64,000 nt of DNA from the NCBI RefSeq assembly GCF_009914755.1, contig NC_060939.1; one strand, given 5' to 3'. Under the pieces are notes generated by a model, which saw nothing but the letters and a program-made list of their open reading frames with translations, had not been told where the DNA came from and made no database searches. Both the position numbers and the translations under genes were made by a program. How positions within the stretch are numbered: position 1 is the stretch's first letter; each line of letters opens with the position of its first letter. Below, one piece after another: positions 14,806 to 29,849 of the stretch. The stretch comes from the human T2T-CHM13v2.0 reference genome, Homo sapiens.

Positions 14806-17370
14806 TTAGGCAAAATTCTAAATATTTATAAACCAAGGCCTGGATGAAAGGAAGATTTCTTCCTGTTTGGCCAAGCCTGTTTAAATGAACCACCAGTAGA
14901 AGAGGATGTCCTCCCCGCTTTAGGAATAACGGTGACCATGTATCTTTGGCCCATCTAGTAAAGGAGAGTATCCAACAAGATGATGAATGGAAACATGGTA
15001 TTCAGTGACTGGCAAGCAACAAAATCAGGTCATAGTCTAGACCAGTGGTTGTCAAGGTCTAGTCTACCACTGATGTACTTCAAGAGCTACCTGAAGGTCT
15101 GGAGAGACAGCCCTTTGGTCTGTGCTTTAAACCTTTCTGGGCAAGGATGACTGAAGAAAGAGTTGGAACAGCAGCATCCATAGGGATAAGCCTGGGAGCT
15201 GTTGCATTCATCTCAGCATGGCCCAAACCCATACCAGTTGTGCCAACCTGTCCCAAGTTGAGGGTGCTGGCATTAGGGTTCTCCTCCTTCCCTCCAGAGA
15301 AAGTTTATTCTTAACATGTTTTTATTATAGTATTTGAATAGCACTTTGTAATAGACAAATATAACCATGGTGGTTTTGCTTTCCCAATTTTATATTTCTA
15401 TGAAATCTTCTAGAGGAATAAATCTAAAATGATATTTTGACTTCTGTTTATGCCTCTTCTGCTTAACACAACCCTTCTATTGTTAGGAAAGGCTGGTGAA
15501 TTTTTCCATCCTTGTCCATCTCTTTTCATTCTTCCTTCTGTAAGGGATTTGTAAACTAAAGGGATCTTCAACTTTCAGACTTTTTGAGTGCACATACACA
15601 TATGTATTACGACACTTGGTTTCTTCTCTGTGCAGATCAGCTTCTCCCACCGAGGTATGCTTGTCATAGACCAGGACATGCAGTCACTGGGTGGCTCCCC
15701 GTCATAGTGAGCTGGAAGAAAGGTCTACTCACTGAGCCCTTCTGGCTTCTGTTGTGTGTTAGACATGACAGACCATGCTTCTGGGAACTGTAACACACTC
15801 AGTGAGAGATGAACTGTTTACAAATTATAAACACACAGCCATTTTGTTCAAAACCAGAAGAGGAGAGAAACTTCTTTCTACCCAAACCATCCATCTTGAA
15901 GGTGACACTCTTTAATTGCCAGTGCTCCTTCCCACCACATACCATCACGGACGACTGTGGAAGATAAAAGCGTGCCGGGGCCTGTTGGCACAACTTCCTC
16001 AGGAGATGAATGCTTTGCCATGTTCTGCCTGTCTCTGATGCACAGACCAGGACACTGGGGTCTGTCATTCTTTTATTGTCTGGAACAGGGATTGTTGTAA
16101 AATGACATCACTGTAACCCCTTGTTCCTTAGCATTGTGAAAAGTTCATGGTAGTAACTTGTATTAGAAACCAGATTAGACTTCACAATTTTGCCTTTTCT
16201 TTTGCAGACTTTCAGGGATAACATAGAACTTTCAGGTAACTAGGTTTTTGCCTTGTAGGAGATGAAATGTACAAGCTAAACTTTGAAGAGAGGAAATCCT
16301 CCTTTCTAATACCTGACGGCTCATGTAAGAAATTGCTTGTTACAAGTCTAGTTTTCTAGAGACTCCAGAACAAACAGATAATAGCTAAGTTCAGCCAACA
16401 GCAATCAGTTGACATTTCCTATTTGTATTAGATTCCATATGTGGAATCCTTCCATGTGGACCTTATTTGTACGGATGGATTACAATGAAAATTGCATTAA
16501 TTTTCTACACAGTAAAGGTCAGTAATTGAAGCATGAACCAAGAAACTATTGTGTAAAATGCTGTATCCCATACTTAGGAAAGGTCAAGCAAGACAATAAT
16601 ATCTTGTTTTCATTACAGAAGGTATAAATACTTGCACTAGAGTTTCTTTCTTTTTCCAGCCCAACAATCACTTACATAGAATATTTCAGCATTTTCTATT
16701 AACATCAGGAAGAAGGAATCATAAGGGCATGTAATAAAAGAAAAAAAGCCCTGCTTAATGCTATCAAAAAGAAACTGTGCTCCAAGGCTTGCATTGTGGG
16801 TTGGTTTGTTCATAACTAGGTTGTCAGAAACAGGACTTGAATGATCTGTCCTTTTAGCATCTTCAATGAGGTCACAATTGCCTGACAGTGTTTATGAAAA
16901 ACAATATGACCCTTTTATATCAGTTGTAGATGAAAAACAGATATGGACATTTTCCTTTAAGAAAATAAGAAACATCTAATCCATTTTTGTTGATTGATTG
17001 AGGAGCATATTATAATGGAAGGATACAAATGGGTATTGTATCTATATTCTATTTTCACAAATTAGTTTGTCATCATTAAAATTTAAGTACAGTTTAAACC
17101 ATTAATTTCAGTGTTTAAAATGATTTTCCATCCTCTAAATTGATTAGTCAGTCCCTTCCTCATTACCCAGACAGGGCCTTCTTAGTGGGAGAAGCACATG
17201 GCATGTATCTAGGAGTTCTCACTGTGAATTAACCTGTAGAGTGCTTTGGATGATGTGGTTAAGTCCACTGTGCCTCATTCCCTGTGTTTCCTTGTGCCAG
17301 AAAGAGAGAGGAGATGATCTATAATATCCTAACCAGAGAAAACTGATGTTCATAGAGGAGGTCTTCTTAA

Positions 17371-17757
<387 letters not shown>

Positions 17758-18494
17758 TAGTAATTTTTTAAACTATGACATAAGCAGTGATATTTAACAA
17801 TGATAAAGTGTTGTATTTTTAAGAAAATAAAAAGCCAGAGAGTATCTTTGAATGGTTAACAATAGTTGCATGTGCACACACTCACCTTCAGGGATATACA
17901 ATTTATACACAGGGCATATTGTAAAAGACCTGCTTATGGCTAACTTTCAGGGGAATAAAGTGCATGGGAATTCTAATTTAAGTCCTTTTAATTTGATTTA
18001 ATATGGTTTTTAGTGATGAAGTGACTTAATTGCTAACATTTTTATCATACCATCTTTCAAGCCTTTTATAGTGAAGTGGATTCCAGCCAATTCTTAATTA
18101 TCAGTTTATGCATGTTTTGGATGAGAGGGGGTTGCCTTCCCAATTTCCTGTAGTCCGCTGGCAAATCAACTTGCTTAAATATTCTTTTTAAAAATCAAAC
18201 TCTCATTCTTAACAATGTTTTGACTTGATAACCTTTAGAAGTCATCCAGAAATAGTATCAGTCTGGCCTTCTGGAACCTTATTCAGAGCATCCTGCTTAT
18301 TATCAAGCTCACTAATATTCCTAGTACAAGTAGATCTTTCTGATTTCTATTCTAAGGATTGTAGTATATTATTCTCAAATATTATGAAATGTGATATGCC
18401 AGACTCAATTAGATGAATTACCTGTCCTTCTCTTAGCGAATGTGCATTGCCTGACCAAATTTCGTCAGAGGCGCTGATTTTTTCGTAGTCTATA

Positions 18495-18722
18495 TAGATT
18501 GAGTATCCCTAATCTAAATACTTGAAATCCAAAATGCCCCAGAATTTGAAACTTTTTGAGTGCTAATTATCAAAGGAAATGATCATTGGAGCATTTTGGG
18601 TTTCTGATTTTTAAATTAGGAATGATCAGCCAGCATGATGCACGTATTCCCAAATCCCAAAACAATCTGAAATCCAGAACACTTCTGGTCCCAAGCATTT
18701 TGGATAAAGGATACTCAACCTG
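18495..18722. mobile_element. Tigger4a/MER46-type non-autonomous DNA transposon
   Basis: Terminal inverted repeats tagattgagtatccct / aaggatactcaacctg, with TA on both flanks. Confidence 0.85.
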
Positions 18723-18872
18723 TATTGCATCTAGATATTTCATTTCCCATTGCTTAGAATTGTCACATCATGAGAAGGTAGAAGACATTGGACATTGCAT
18801 CCTGATTATCCACAAGTGATTGGTTTTCTGAAAATAGTAGCTATGTCTTTTGTATTTAAAAATAAATCTGAT

Positions 18873-19085
18873 TGAGACCATCCTGGCCAACATGGTGAAA
18901 CCCCATCTCTACTAAAAATACAAAAATTATCTGGGCATGGTGGCGCACACCTGTAGTCCCAGCTACTCGGGAGGCTGAGGCAGGAGAATTGCTTGAACTG
19001 GGAGGCAGAGGTTGCGGTGAGCCGAGATCGTGCCACTGAATTCCAGCCTGGCGACAGAGCGAGACTCCATCTCAAAATAAATAAA
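18873..19085 (+). mobile_element. 5'-truncated Alu (AluSc-like)
   Basis: Starts at gagaccatcctggccaac; cctggcgacagagc; (AAAT)n tail; aaataaatc on both flanks. Confidence 0.9.
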
Positions 19086-20368
19086 TAAATCCCTGATCTG
19101 TTTTACTGTGACTCACCCAATTATCCAATGAGTTTATGAGATAATTGATAGAAAGGGGGGATACCACTTTTTTCTTCAAGGGAAAAGTAATCACTGGAAT
19201 AAAGTATTAAACAAGAATAATAAATTAAAACAAGGCCATTTCAAGTAAGAATTATTTAAGCAATTAGATTTATGAAAATATTAATATTTTAATTTGCAGG
19301 CTGCTTTTATGTGCAGGAGCTCATTCAGTACTCAAAACAAAATATTAAGTTTCATAATATGTTCCCTTGTCTACAAATGAACAAACCAAGGCTAAGAGAA
19401 CTTCCGTAACATATATGAGATTTCTCAGCCAGGATAGTGGCAACACTCAAACCCATCTCTTCTGGTCTAAATCTTATTTTTGACCATGCTCCGTTATTGT
19501 GAAGGAAACCTGTCATTAATTTATTGGTTCATTTTTCTGCATTATTTTGCCAATGTTTATTGATGTCTTTGTACCAAAGCCTCTATGAATACAAAAATTA
19601 CAACCATAAACAAGGTGCTCATAGTAAACAACCCCAGTTCCCTAGGACTTCTGCTTTCATCAAGGTTTGTAATGTTGTTGTAGATGCTATGTTGGGAAAC
19701 AGAGGAGAAATGCTAGGTGAGGCAGGACTGCTAAAAGGTGATGTTTGAGCTGAATCTTAATAATGATTTTTTAACTTGTTCCATTGCTGAATCACACAAA
19801 TATTTTATCTTATACCCACTCCTTTATTGTACCTGGGAGAAAACTAAAGGATTCACACAGCTAAACCAGCAACTGCCACCCCTGGTATATTTATCTACAG
19901 TAGTTACAGTTATAGAAAACCATTAGCCTTGTTTACCTTGTGGTGGCTTGGTGTTCTGTCACTTAGTGCAGAGAGACTTTTAATGAAATCAATCTTTCAA
20001 GGGTCTAGGTTCCAAATATTTTTTTCCCTAATCTGTTGCCAATTTTTCAGTTGTATTTTGTGAGTATCTTCCTATTGAGCTGACTGTGTATTCCTTTTAC
20101 TTTTTCAACCCTATTATTTGATACTAGATGATATTCATGTTGCAGGCCACAAAAAAAAGTGTTGGTAAATACCAGTACAGTAAGTGCTTTATGTAATGAA
20201 CAGATAGAGCAATATAAAACCACTTAGAAATGATATTGATTCAAAATCCAAATACTATTTTATATTCATTTCCCAAAGCAAAAGAACTACTTGAGAAAGA
20301 AGTACACTCCAGAAAGAGTACAGATCTCCCCACTCCATTTTAATAGCACGAGCTGTGGCGTTGACTCC

Positions 20369-20408
20369 ATGTGTGTGTGCGTGTGTGTGTGCACGCGCAC
20401 GTGTGCGT
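20369..20408. repeat. Mixed (TG)/(CG)/(CA) alternating purine-pyrimidine tract
   Basis: atgtgtgtgtgcgtgtgtgtgtgcacgcgcacgtgtgcgt. Confidence 0.9.
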
Positions 20409-21949
20409 CTGCATCCCTGCATGCCCACAAAATGCCTCATGGGAAGAATTTCTAAATGACAGCTCCTGGTGCATTGCTGGGATTCCCAAAGAATAATTTT
20501 TAATTTCATGTATCAGAAATATTGCTGCTTGTTCTTTGTTATGACAGATGCTAAGCTTTTTTTCATGCTAAATGCCACTCAATCTATTTCTAATGTTTAT
20601 AATTCTTCAAGTTTTCAAATTATAGGCTTTTAATATTCAGTGGGATGAAACAGACCAAACATATTCTTATTTAAAGTCTAAAGGTATATTTTTGCATCTT
20701 TAGTCTAGATGATTGAAATTACTGGGAGGATTTTGAGATAAAAATTTTTGCATTAATCTCTTCTGAGAATTCTGTTCATCCTGTGACAAATACTACTCAG
20801 TTTTTAAGCATGTCAGAAGGATTTTTTCCTGACATGGTCAATTTTCAGGACTTTGTCTCCTGTTTTGCTTAGGGAATTAATAGAGAAATGAGAAGTTTTC
20901 TAAATCAGAACATGTAGGAGAGATTTAAAGTAACACCCTGATTGTGTAATTAATTCTTAGTTGTAAATTCATTTTGATGGTGTTAATTCTCTGCCTGAGG
21001 CTCGAAGCTAGTTTATTGCACCTATGGTGCTATACTCATTGGATACCCAACGCCAACAAGGCCTTAAGAAAGGAAAGATTTGCCCTGATTTTTAAAATTT
21101 TTTTTCTTTTTTAAAAAAGAACAATTGTGTTACAACACAGACACATTATTTGTTCTTAGTTCTGCTTACAAAAGTTAGCAAAAATACTCAATCCTTTTAA
21201 CATTTTATAAATGAATAATGAAAAATGGTGGGCTTGTACTCATCTTCATATGATATATATTTTTAGGTTACCAAGTTAGTTTACTTTTCTCACAGTGAAT
21301 GCTCTTCTTTTTTATTGTGTGTTTAAAAAAAACAAGGAAACCTTATGAAATTTGAAAAATTCCATGCTTTCATCTCTTCATTATTTGGTGATGCAGGCTT
21401 GCTCACAAAGTAGACCCCTAAAGCATGTGAATTTTATTTATGCCTCCACATTTTTTCACATTTGTAACGAGAAGTGATATCCCTCTTTTTCAAATATAGG
21501 AATCTAAAACTATGTATTTAGCCACAATAATCTTGTTCATTTATTTAATCACACCAGTGGCCTTCACTATTTTTATTACACATTTCCCTCTGTAAATTGG
21601 AAGCCTTATATGTTAAGGGAAAATAGAAGCACATGTGACAGCAGTTCTGTCTTTCTGAATGAATCACTGTTACTCTTCCTAGGCAGTTTGGTAGCAACAG
21701 CAGATGTAATGTTGTGTTTGCTAAACTGTGTTATCACCACATTCCCTGGTTCAATCTGAAATGTGTAAATAAAGCCAGCATGATACAGATGGAACTGCAG
21801 ACGATCTTTCATACAACTCAGGGCAACATGAGTAGACTTGTCCTGGAAGATCATTTTCTTTGAAACTTAAATTAACCCCAGTATTCTTTAAACTAGACAA
21901 AAGGTTGTTCCTTCTTTTGTAGCTTTGCCTTCTTGAAGGGAAGGAACTG

Positions 21950-22160
21950 GTGTTTATGAAGCACCTGGAATATGCTAGGTACTTTACATATGTGATAATA
22001 TTTAATTTTCTCCACACTCCAATCAGAGTAATGACAATGATCTACATTTTCCAAATATTAAACTTGAAATTCAGAAAGGGTAAAGAACTTGCCATGATCA
22101 CCAAGCTAGTAGATGTCAGGACCAGAGTTGAACCCCATTCTCTGACTCCATGGTCTGCTG
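21950..22160 (-). mobile_element. MIR SINE remnant
   Basis: MIR-like core (aggtactttacata...aaagaacttgccatgatcaccaagctagtag). Confidence 0.55.
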
Positions 22161-24856
22161 TATATAACATCATTTAACTTCCCTGGACTTCAGTTTCCTA
22201 TACATGGAAATACTAATACTAAAGGCTATGTAATACTTCCTGTGATATGTCCATTGGTATATTGCTAGATATAAAGAGAAAAGACCCATAAAATCAATAG
22301 CATCTTGTTTTAAAAGAGAAATTTTGCAGTACAGAGAGTGAAAAGAGCATTTGCTATTAGGATGATTAAAATGATAGAGGTACAATGCAAATTGAGAGAA
22401 CAAAGACCGTAGTCAGCATAGACTGGAATCCTTAGGAAGAGGATTCACAAAAGCCATCAAGCTTGAGTTGGGCCTTCCAGTCATTCTTCTATAAGGCCTG
22501 GAATCTTCTCTCAAACCACAAGCATTTGCTTATTTCTTGGGTTGATGTAAATAATTACTTAATACTACTATAAACCTGATAAACTATTTTTTTCCTGGAT
22601 CCATTTATTTCTCCATCAAACAAGTACTGTAGCAACACTGAGGATGGACCCACCACAGTTGTTGGTGCTGAGAACACAGGATCAGATAAAACAGCCGGGT
22701 CTTATCTGTTGATCCCCCAGTTCAAGCAGGGTATAGCCAAAAAGAGGGTAATGGAAGATATTAATGAAGCATCCAAGCTACAAAAATATAATCTTCTTGT
22801 AGCATAGAAGCTACCATACTTTGATAAACACATATTATCCAAAGGCCATTTTTAAAGCCTTTCAGAGAGCAAAAACTACATTTACTGCTAATCATAAAGA
22901 TACCTGAGCTCAGATGGAAATTTTCCCTGTCTCACATGAGTAGCAAATGCATTTTAAGGAAGGGGTGGAAACACGTGAAAAAACTTTGTTTGTTTTGTTT
23001 TGTTTTTTTCTCCCTGTCTAGAAGATACTCTGGAAATAACTGATTCTTTTCTTTACTGAAGAATTTTAGGAAAAAGTGATTCAGGTTCACCACAGGTCCC
23101 AGTTTTCCCAGAAAGTTTTCATTTACTAATTATCCTCATTTTTAAACTATTGTATTTAATATTTCCACTATAACAAGGTGGGATGTGTTGCTTAGACTTT
23201 CAATTTAAGCTTTCAGCTGTTTCTGTGGTCATTACTGGTAGCCCATGAGATGCATGCACTGTGACCAGAGTTCTCAAAGACTAACACCAGGTTAACTCTA
23301 ACAACCAGGAATGACCCATCTCTATTTTCCTGACTCTCTTCAGGGCCTGAGTGACTAACATCCAGCTTTAAAGGAAAGCTTCTGCATGGTCCATAATAAA
23401 ACAAACTGCTCTCAGATGAGCTAATCCCTTCTTGCTTCAGGCAGTGGTAGAAAGCATGTGATGTCTACCGGCCCATTAAGCTGTGGCCACTGCCAGGGCC
23501 TGTAAGATTCAGGAAGCTTTCAAACTGCCTATTCAGAATGGTTAGTAAGGGAGATGAGAAATGATAGGGTAGGTGTATGTTAAATATTTGCATAATTTAA
23601 GCCTTCCTGCTAACAGAATAAAAAGTAGTCTGAACACTCTTAGAATATACTATTTTACTCATTGTAGTGAGTAAATGTGCACTTATCTTTTTTACTTTTT
23701 CAGTATATAAATAAAAACACAAAGATTACATATTTAATGAATAATCATGTACAGATAGTACATTTCTTAAGACAGTTGTTGATAAATGTTTACATTTCTT
23801 GTCTACCCTGGGGCCTTGACTTGATCATGTCACTGACATTTGTAAATCTAAGTCATAAACCTGCCAAAGAAGCCTCAACAGCTACTTTAAGAGGAAGTAT
23901 CCAAGAAAATCATTTCTGAAAACATTATTTTAATGCATACAGCTAAAAATGCATGTTGATATATCTCTCTGTGGAGCATGACTTTTCATTTAGATCAAAT
24001 GGCTATTTCTTCCACATTAATTTATATCATTTTCCACTTCAAGATTTCATCGTACATATATGAAAAATGACCAAGTAGCTGTTAATCTTCCTGCCAAAGG
24101 ATGCAAACACAATATCAGAGAACTTTGTGAAATTATTTTCATTTTTTTACCTAATATATGAAAACAAAGCTTTTGCAAGTTAACTCTACAAATACTGTAA
24201 TTTCTAACATCAGCAATGCCACTATAAATTTAAACATTTAGTATTGAGAATCATTTAACTTTATAATGATAATATGAATGCAAATTTTGATGGAGCAAAT
24301 ATTACAACTAATAAGATATTCCTCCAAAATGAAGAAATATGAGGCAGAAATGTACTTGGTGTTGGCTGTGATGCACTAATTATTCATAATTGCATCCAGA
24401 CAAGCAATAATGTTCCACCACTTGCAAAGTTGTAGTGTCCACACTTACAATATTTTTATATACACAGTTGGGATATCAACAAGGTTGTGTGATAAAGATC
24501 CATCACATATAAAAATAAACATCAGCATGGCAGTATGCACTTTCTCTTCTTTACCCGTCATCATTTTAGGAAGGTTTGAACCTTCGAAGATATCTCAGTT
24601 AACTTAAACATTCTCCAAAATTGGACTCTTTTGTGGAAAAAAAAAAAACCCTAAATTATGGTCATAATCAGTTGGAAAGTTTTATTCAAAATGTTTTATG
24701 ACTGAAGTACTAACTTCATTTTTGGAAGCTTTTTCTGAATGGAAGTGAATTTTTTTTTTAATGGCCAAAAAACACTTTATTTTTCTACGAAAGCAACATA
24801 TAAAAGGTCAAATGTTATGTATGATTCAGTTTTTAAATTCTGAAGTTATACTTTAG

Positions 24857-25156
<300 letters not shown>

Positions 25157-25471
25157 TAGATTATTTTAATTTATGGGAAGAATCCTTGTGATTTTTAATA
25201 CAATAAATATACATTCTGACCATTAATGGAAAGAAATTTAGAAGGCATTTACTTTTCAGCATATATTTTGTTAAATGTTCTAACATATTGTCTTAAAATG
25301 TTTGACAGGAAAAGTTCCTGTGAATGAATATAAAAATACAGTGCCTTTGAAAATATTTGGGATGAAGTATATACAGATTTCAAAATTTTAAAAATAGATT
25401 GAGAATATTGTCCATGTACCACATTTTTGTTGTGAGTTTTCAAGGTACCTAAGTGCTCATAGACAGTGTTC

Positions 25472-25759
25472 TTTCTGTTGTTTTTTTTTTTTAGACGGAG
25501 TCTCGCTCTGTCGCCAGGCTCGAGTGCAGTGGCGCCATCTGGGCTCACTGCAACCTCTGACTCCCTGGTTCAAGTGATTATCCTGCCTCAGCTTGGACTG
25601 CAAGCACGCGCCACCATGCCCAGCTAATTTTTGTATTTTTTAGTAGAGACTGGGCTTCACCATGTTGGTCAGAATGGTCTCCATCTCCTGACCTCGTTAT
25701 CTGCCCGCCTTGGCCTCTCAAAGTGCTGGGCTTACAGGCGTGAGCCACCATGCCCAGCT
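25472..25759 (-). mobile_element. AluS-type SINE with a small internal deletion
   Basis: Antisense Alu text. Confidence 0.9.
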
Positions 25760-28171
25760 TCAGAAAGTATTATTAAAAGTATAGTCTACAGTGGAGTCAA
25801 TTAAGGTGTCAATTTAATGACACCTCTGAAGGTGATTAATAACAATTTCGTGCAATATTAGAAATAAAAAGATGCCATTAAAAAGTACATTCTTTTGAAA
25901 AGTAATCCTGACATCGGTATATAGACAGTTGTAGCTAGTAACTGACTAAAATATATGAATATATATCACAAATAATCATTCTTCGTGTGTCATTTTTAAA
26001 TATCCAGATGATCAAATTTATTTTAATGCACAAAAATCTATTTTTTATTTGAAAATAATGTATTTGTGAAATAAAAATGGAATAGTTTTATAGGTCCAAT
26101 ATAATAAAACCAAGTTATCAGTCATCAATAATCAAAAATTAATTGTTTACTTCTACTCTTAAAAGTATTAACAAGTCCAGATGATAAGTTATTCTGTTAC
26201 TCAAGATATAGTAAGACTCTTTAGCCTAGTCTTTGGATATTTAATACTCCAAACATCAAATTCATTATAAAGTAACAGGACTCATGAGCATCGTTATTTT
26301 GGCATACTAACTCATGCTTTCTTCACAACCAGAACCTCACTATTTGGGTGTTTCACAGGGAAAAAAAATTAGACAGTTGAAATAGGAAGTTTTTATTAAA
26401 TCGAATGACATGGAAACTTGAGTCATTTTCCAAGAAATTGTTTTGACCTAAACTGGATGCTGCCGAAAAGAGGAAGCCACTTTTGGCCTTTGGGTCAAAT
26501 TCCCTCATGCTTTCAAATGTTCCTTTATAAACATGAATACTTATGTGGCAGACAGAGCTGGGTTTTCACCATTGTGCCCATTAATAGATGTCGGTGGACT
26601 CATGAATTAGTACGCTCTGGCAGCATATCTAATTTGTAGCACAAACTGAGGAATTAGAGTAAGGGAAAAAATTCAAATTAGGATAAAAAAGTAAAAGTAT
26701 CTTGAAAGTTTGATATTGCAGAAGGAAGCAATGAACCTGGTTTTCCTTCTGCACAGAATGAATGGATAAAGGAGTACAGTCCTGATGGTAATAATTTATT
26801 CAAGCCATTGCAGCACCCTTTACTGGAGAAGGGCTGGCAATGAGGCATTCTAGCCTCTGTTCTTCCTTTGTCTGTTTCAGCCAAGTAGTTTCATAAAGGC
26901 AGATGCAAGAAGGGTGGTTTGTGTTTTTCAACATTTCTGACATCTTGGTGCTTTTACCCGCAATCCCTATTGGTAGTGGGTTCTCTTTCACTCCATCCAT
27001 GACTCCAGTTTAATGGAACAAAGGATACAAGAGGAAAATGATTTTATTTTTTCCTTTTGCAGCACAGATGGTATTACAGGAATGTCCTCTTAAATTTAGA
27101 AGTGTTTGCTTGATAGTTTAGTACAATTTTCACCCAACTAAAATTCTATATAGGAAAAAAGTTCTGTAAGAACTATTTGAGGTTTTAGGTTTCATACAAT
27201 AGGTGTAATGACCCAGAGAGGTAGAAGTTGAGAGCTCATTGACTACATCCCAATTACAGCAAAGTCAATAAGGGAGCTAGAACATAGCATCAGAATATTA
27301 AAAATAGTGTAAAAATACTACTCTTTAGGGAATCTCCTGACATTTGAGTGATTTCTAAGTAACCTGCATAACTGTTAGTTACCTGGCATGGTAAAAACAC
27401 ATGTAAGGTTTTCTATAAGCAAAGTAAGGATAATATTTTTAGAAAGCTGAATTCCATTTCACATGAAGCATTGGAAATTACGGAAGATGAATTTGTATTT
27501 GCTTCTAATGTCATGAGGAGATCGCAATCAATTGCTGATCATCCTGGAAGGGAATAATCTGGGTAGGCTGCCCTCCCAGCAGTGCACTGTGGGGTTACTT
27601 TGTAGCATGTCCACAGCTGCTTGCTTTGTTTCTGAGGTGGTTGCCAAAGGATGGATGAAATGTCATCGGGCTGGCAATATGTTTAGAACATGCTTAAAAA
27701 TGCAGCGGAGTTTGACTAAGATGCTCCAGTACTAGGAATCATACTACCTCTGTCTCCAACATGCCAGGAACATCTCTGAAGAACACTGATAGGAGAGGAG
27801 TAGGGTGAGCTTCAGAAAACCTGTGGAGACAGAGGAAGTCAGAGTTAGCCAGACTGACGGGATTGCAGAATTCTGCGAGGGACGCGGCAGCCTCCACGGG
27901 GAAGTGAAGTGCTTGGTTCTGTGGGCTTCCCTTTATCACCTCATGGCAATGAGGTAGCAACTGAGGCTTGCGCGTTAGGAGTGGTAGCATCTAAGTGACT
28001 GAACAGATTTTTCTGGGGGGGGAGTCAATATTTAAGTTGTAAAACAATGATTTATCTCTTGTGTCACTCTATTGGTAAAAACCTTGTTATTATAACATGT
28101 TATAATATTTTCTGTATCAGCATGATAAAAAATGAAGTAACTGAGTTAAATCTTGCTTTTATGTTTTCTAG

Positions 28172-28281
28172 GAATCTGAGAAAAAGGGGTTGATTGAAAG
28201 AATCTATATGGTACAGGATATTGTTTCAACTGTTCAAAACGTCTTGGAGGAAATAGCTTCTTTTGGAGAAAGGATTAAGAA
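28172..28281 (+). CDS. MCTP2: MCTP2 coding exon (110 nt, phase 0-2), [36 protein letters not shown](N)
   Basis: Acceptor gcttttatgttttctag|G, donor GAA|gtaagt; VQN..EE.AS.GER.K pattern typical of the MCTP C-terminal (PRT_C) region. Confidence 0.96.
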
Positions 28282-28450
28282 GTAAGTTCTAAATTTGTGT
28301 TGTGGTGTTTGCAGTAGACCTGCTATCCACAAGGACAGTGGGGTAATGGCAGTGGTGTGCGACAAAGGGAGGCAAGAAAATACAAAAACACACCAAAGCA
28401 ACACTGTTGGGTTAGCACTGTCTGACTTCAGTTGGCTTCTTAACTTCACA

Positions 28451-28592
28451 GTTGGGTGGTGCCTCAGAACTGGGGTGACCATACGGCCCAGTTTATTCCA
28501 GTCACCCCAACATAAATATTACTAGTGTTCCCTTTCACTCAAAAATATATCAGTTTGGGTGACAAATGATAGATATTTAAAATGTTACCCTA
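28451..28592. mobile_element. MER94-like hAT DNA transposon remnant
   Basis: Inverted termini ggggtgaccata / atgttacccta and internal ccctttcactc. Confidence 0.6.
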
Positions 28593-28799
28593 TTCAGAAA
28601 TAAAAAGAGAAGCAAATGTGCTATACAGGAGCCTTTGCTATCTGAACCACAGAACTTAGTAAATGCCTTGAGTAACTTTTCTCTCCAATTCTCCAAAGAA
28701 AGATACACATCTAGTAGCACCATAGATGGATAAATGTGAAGTTAAGTCACCACATATATGGATGTCTTAGGACAGGATACTACTCTGTGGCCCTTTATA

Positions 28800-29000
28800 G
28801 AGAAAGTTGACAATATTTTCAGCTTTATGGGACATATGGTCTCTGTCCTGACTACTCAACTCTGTTGTTAAAGTGTAAAAGGAGTAACAGTTAATATGTA
28901 AATGAATGGGTATGGTATGCATTCCAATAAAACTTTATTTATATAAACAGGTAACATGCTGGATTTGATTTATAGTCTACCCACAGCTTGCCACCCCCAT
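28800..29000. mobile_element. MER58-type hAT-Charlie DNA transposon remnant
   Basis: aatattttcagctttatgggacatatggtctctgt...ttccaataaaactttattta. Confidence 0.7.
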
Positions 29001-29849
29001 CTTAGGACATGATAGCTAAACTCTCTAATGGAACTCCAGTTAAGAAAGACTGTAGATTCATAGGTTTTTTTCTGTTTTGTTTTATACATTATCAACTCTG
29101 CATTACTTAGTTTTCATTTGGCACCAATAAGTGGAAGGTTTTTAATTTTTTTCCTTTGAATTATTAACTTATTTCCCCCTTTAATCTAGAATTGTGTCAA
29201 CCGTGTTCTTTCTAAGGATTAATTCTTACTTTATTGGTCGTGTCTACGGGGATCATTCTAGTTTCTTTAAGAATATATTGTTTTGGAATTGCATGGGTAA
29301 ACAGATTAAAAGTGGTGCTAAAAACCAAGGGAAAGCCTTATGCATTAAAATGCAAGGAAATCAATAAATGATATTAACATCAGGAAATATAAGTAGTTAA
29401 CATGCAACTTTATGTAAATACTAATGTTTTCTCAGTTGCACAGCCAATGACATTGCCCTCGAATGCCCATTTATTATAAGCATAGTAAACGTGTATGTTT
29501 AAAAAAAGTAAGTTATAAATGACTTTTAAACAAAGTTGATGAATTTTTATTGAATTTACAGTTATACCCATTATTAATATCTTAAGAAAAAAATAATTTT
29601 TGCTCACAGATATGATGCCTATTTGCTTTATTCTTGTAGGTTTCATATAAATTGGCAAAAGATTCCTGAATTTACCCTCAAAATGTTTAATATAAACATA
29701 TTTGAAAGCAAACATGAATAGTAAAATGAGGAGGGCATCATAATTCTTTATTCATTTCCTCACTCAACTATCAGTTATTGAGTTTCAGACACTGACTTGG
29801 TCTAAGTTGGTCTAAGAATGAGAAATGCAACCATAATTACAATAATGAT

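Noticed and set aside
15636-15654. 19-nt pseudo-exon (ttcttctctgtgcag|...GAG|gtatgc)
   Set aside because: Plausible splice sites but no further support; such pairs are frequent in long introns.
16208-16235. 28-nt pseudo-exon with a strong acceptor and CAG|gtaact donor
   Set aside because: Moderate donor, frameshifting, and no independent evidence from the sequence alone.
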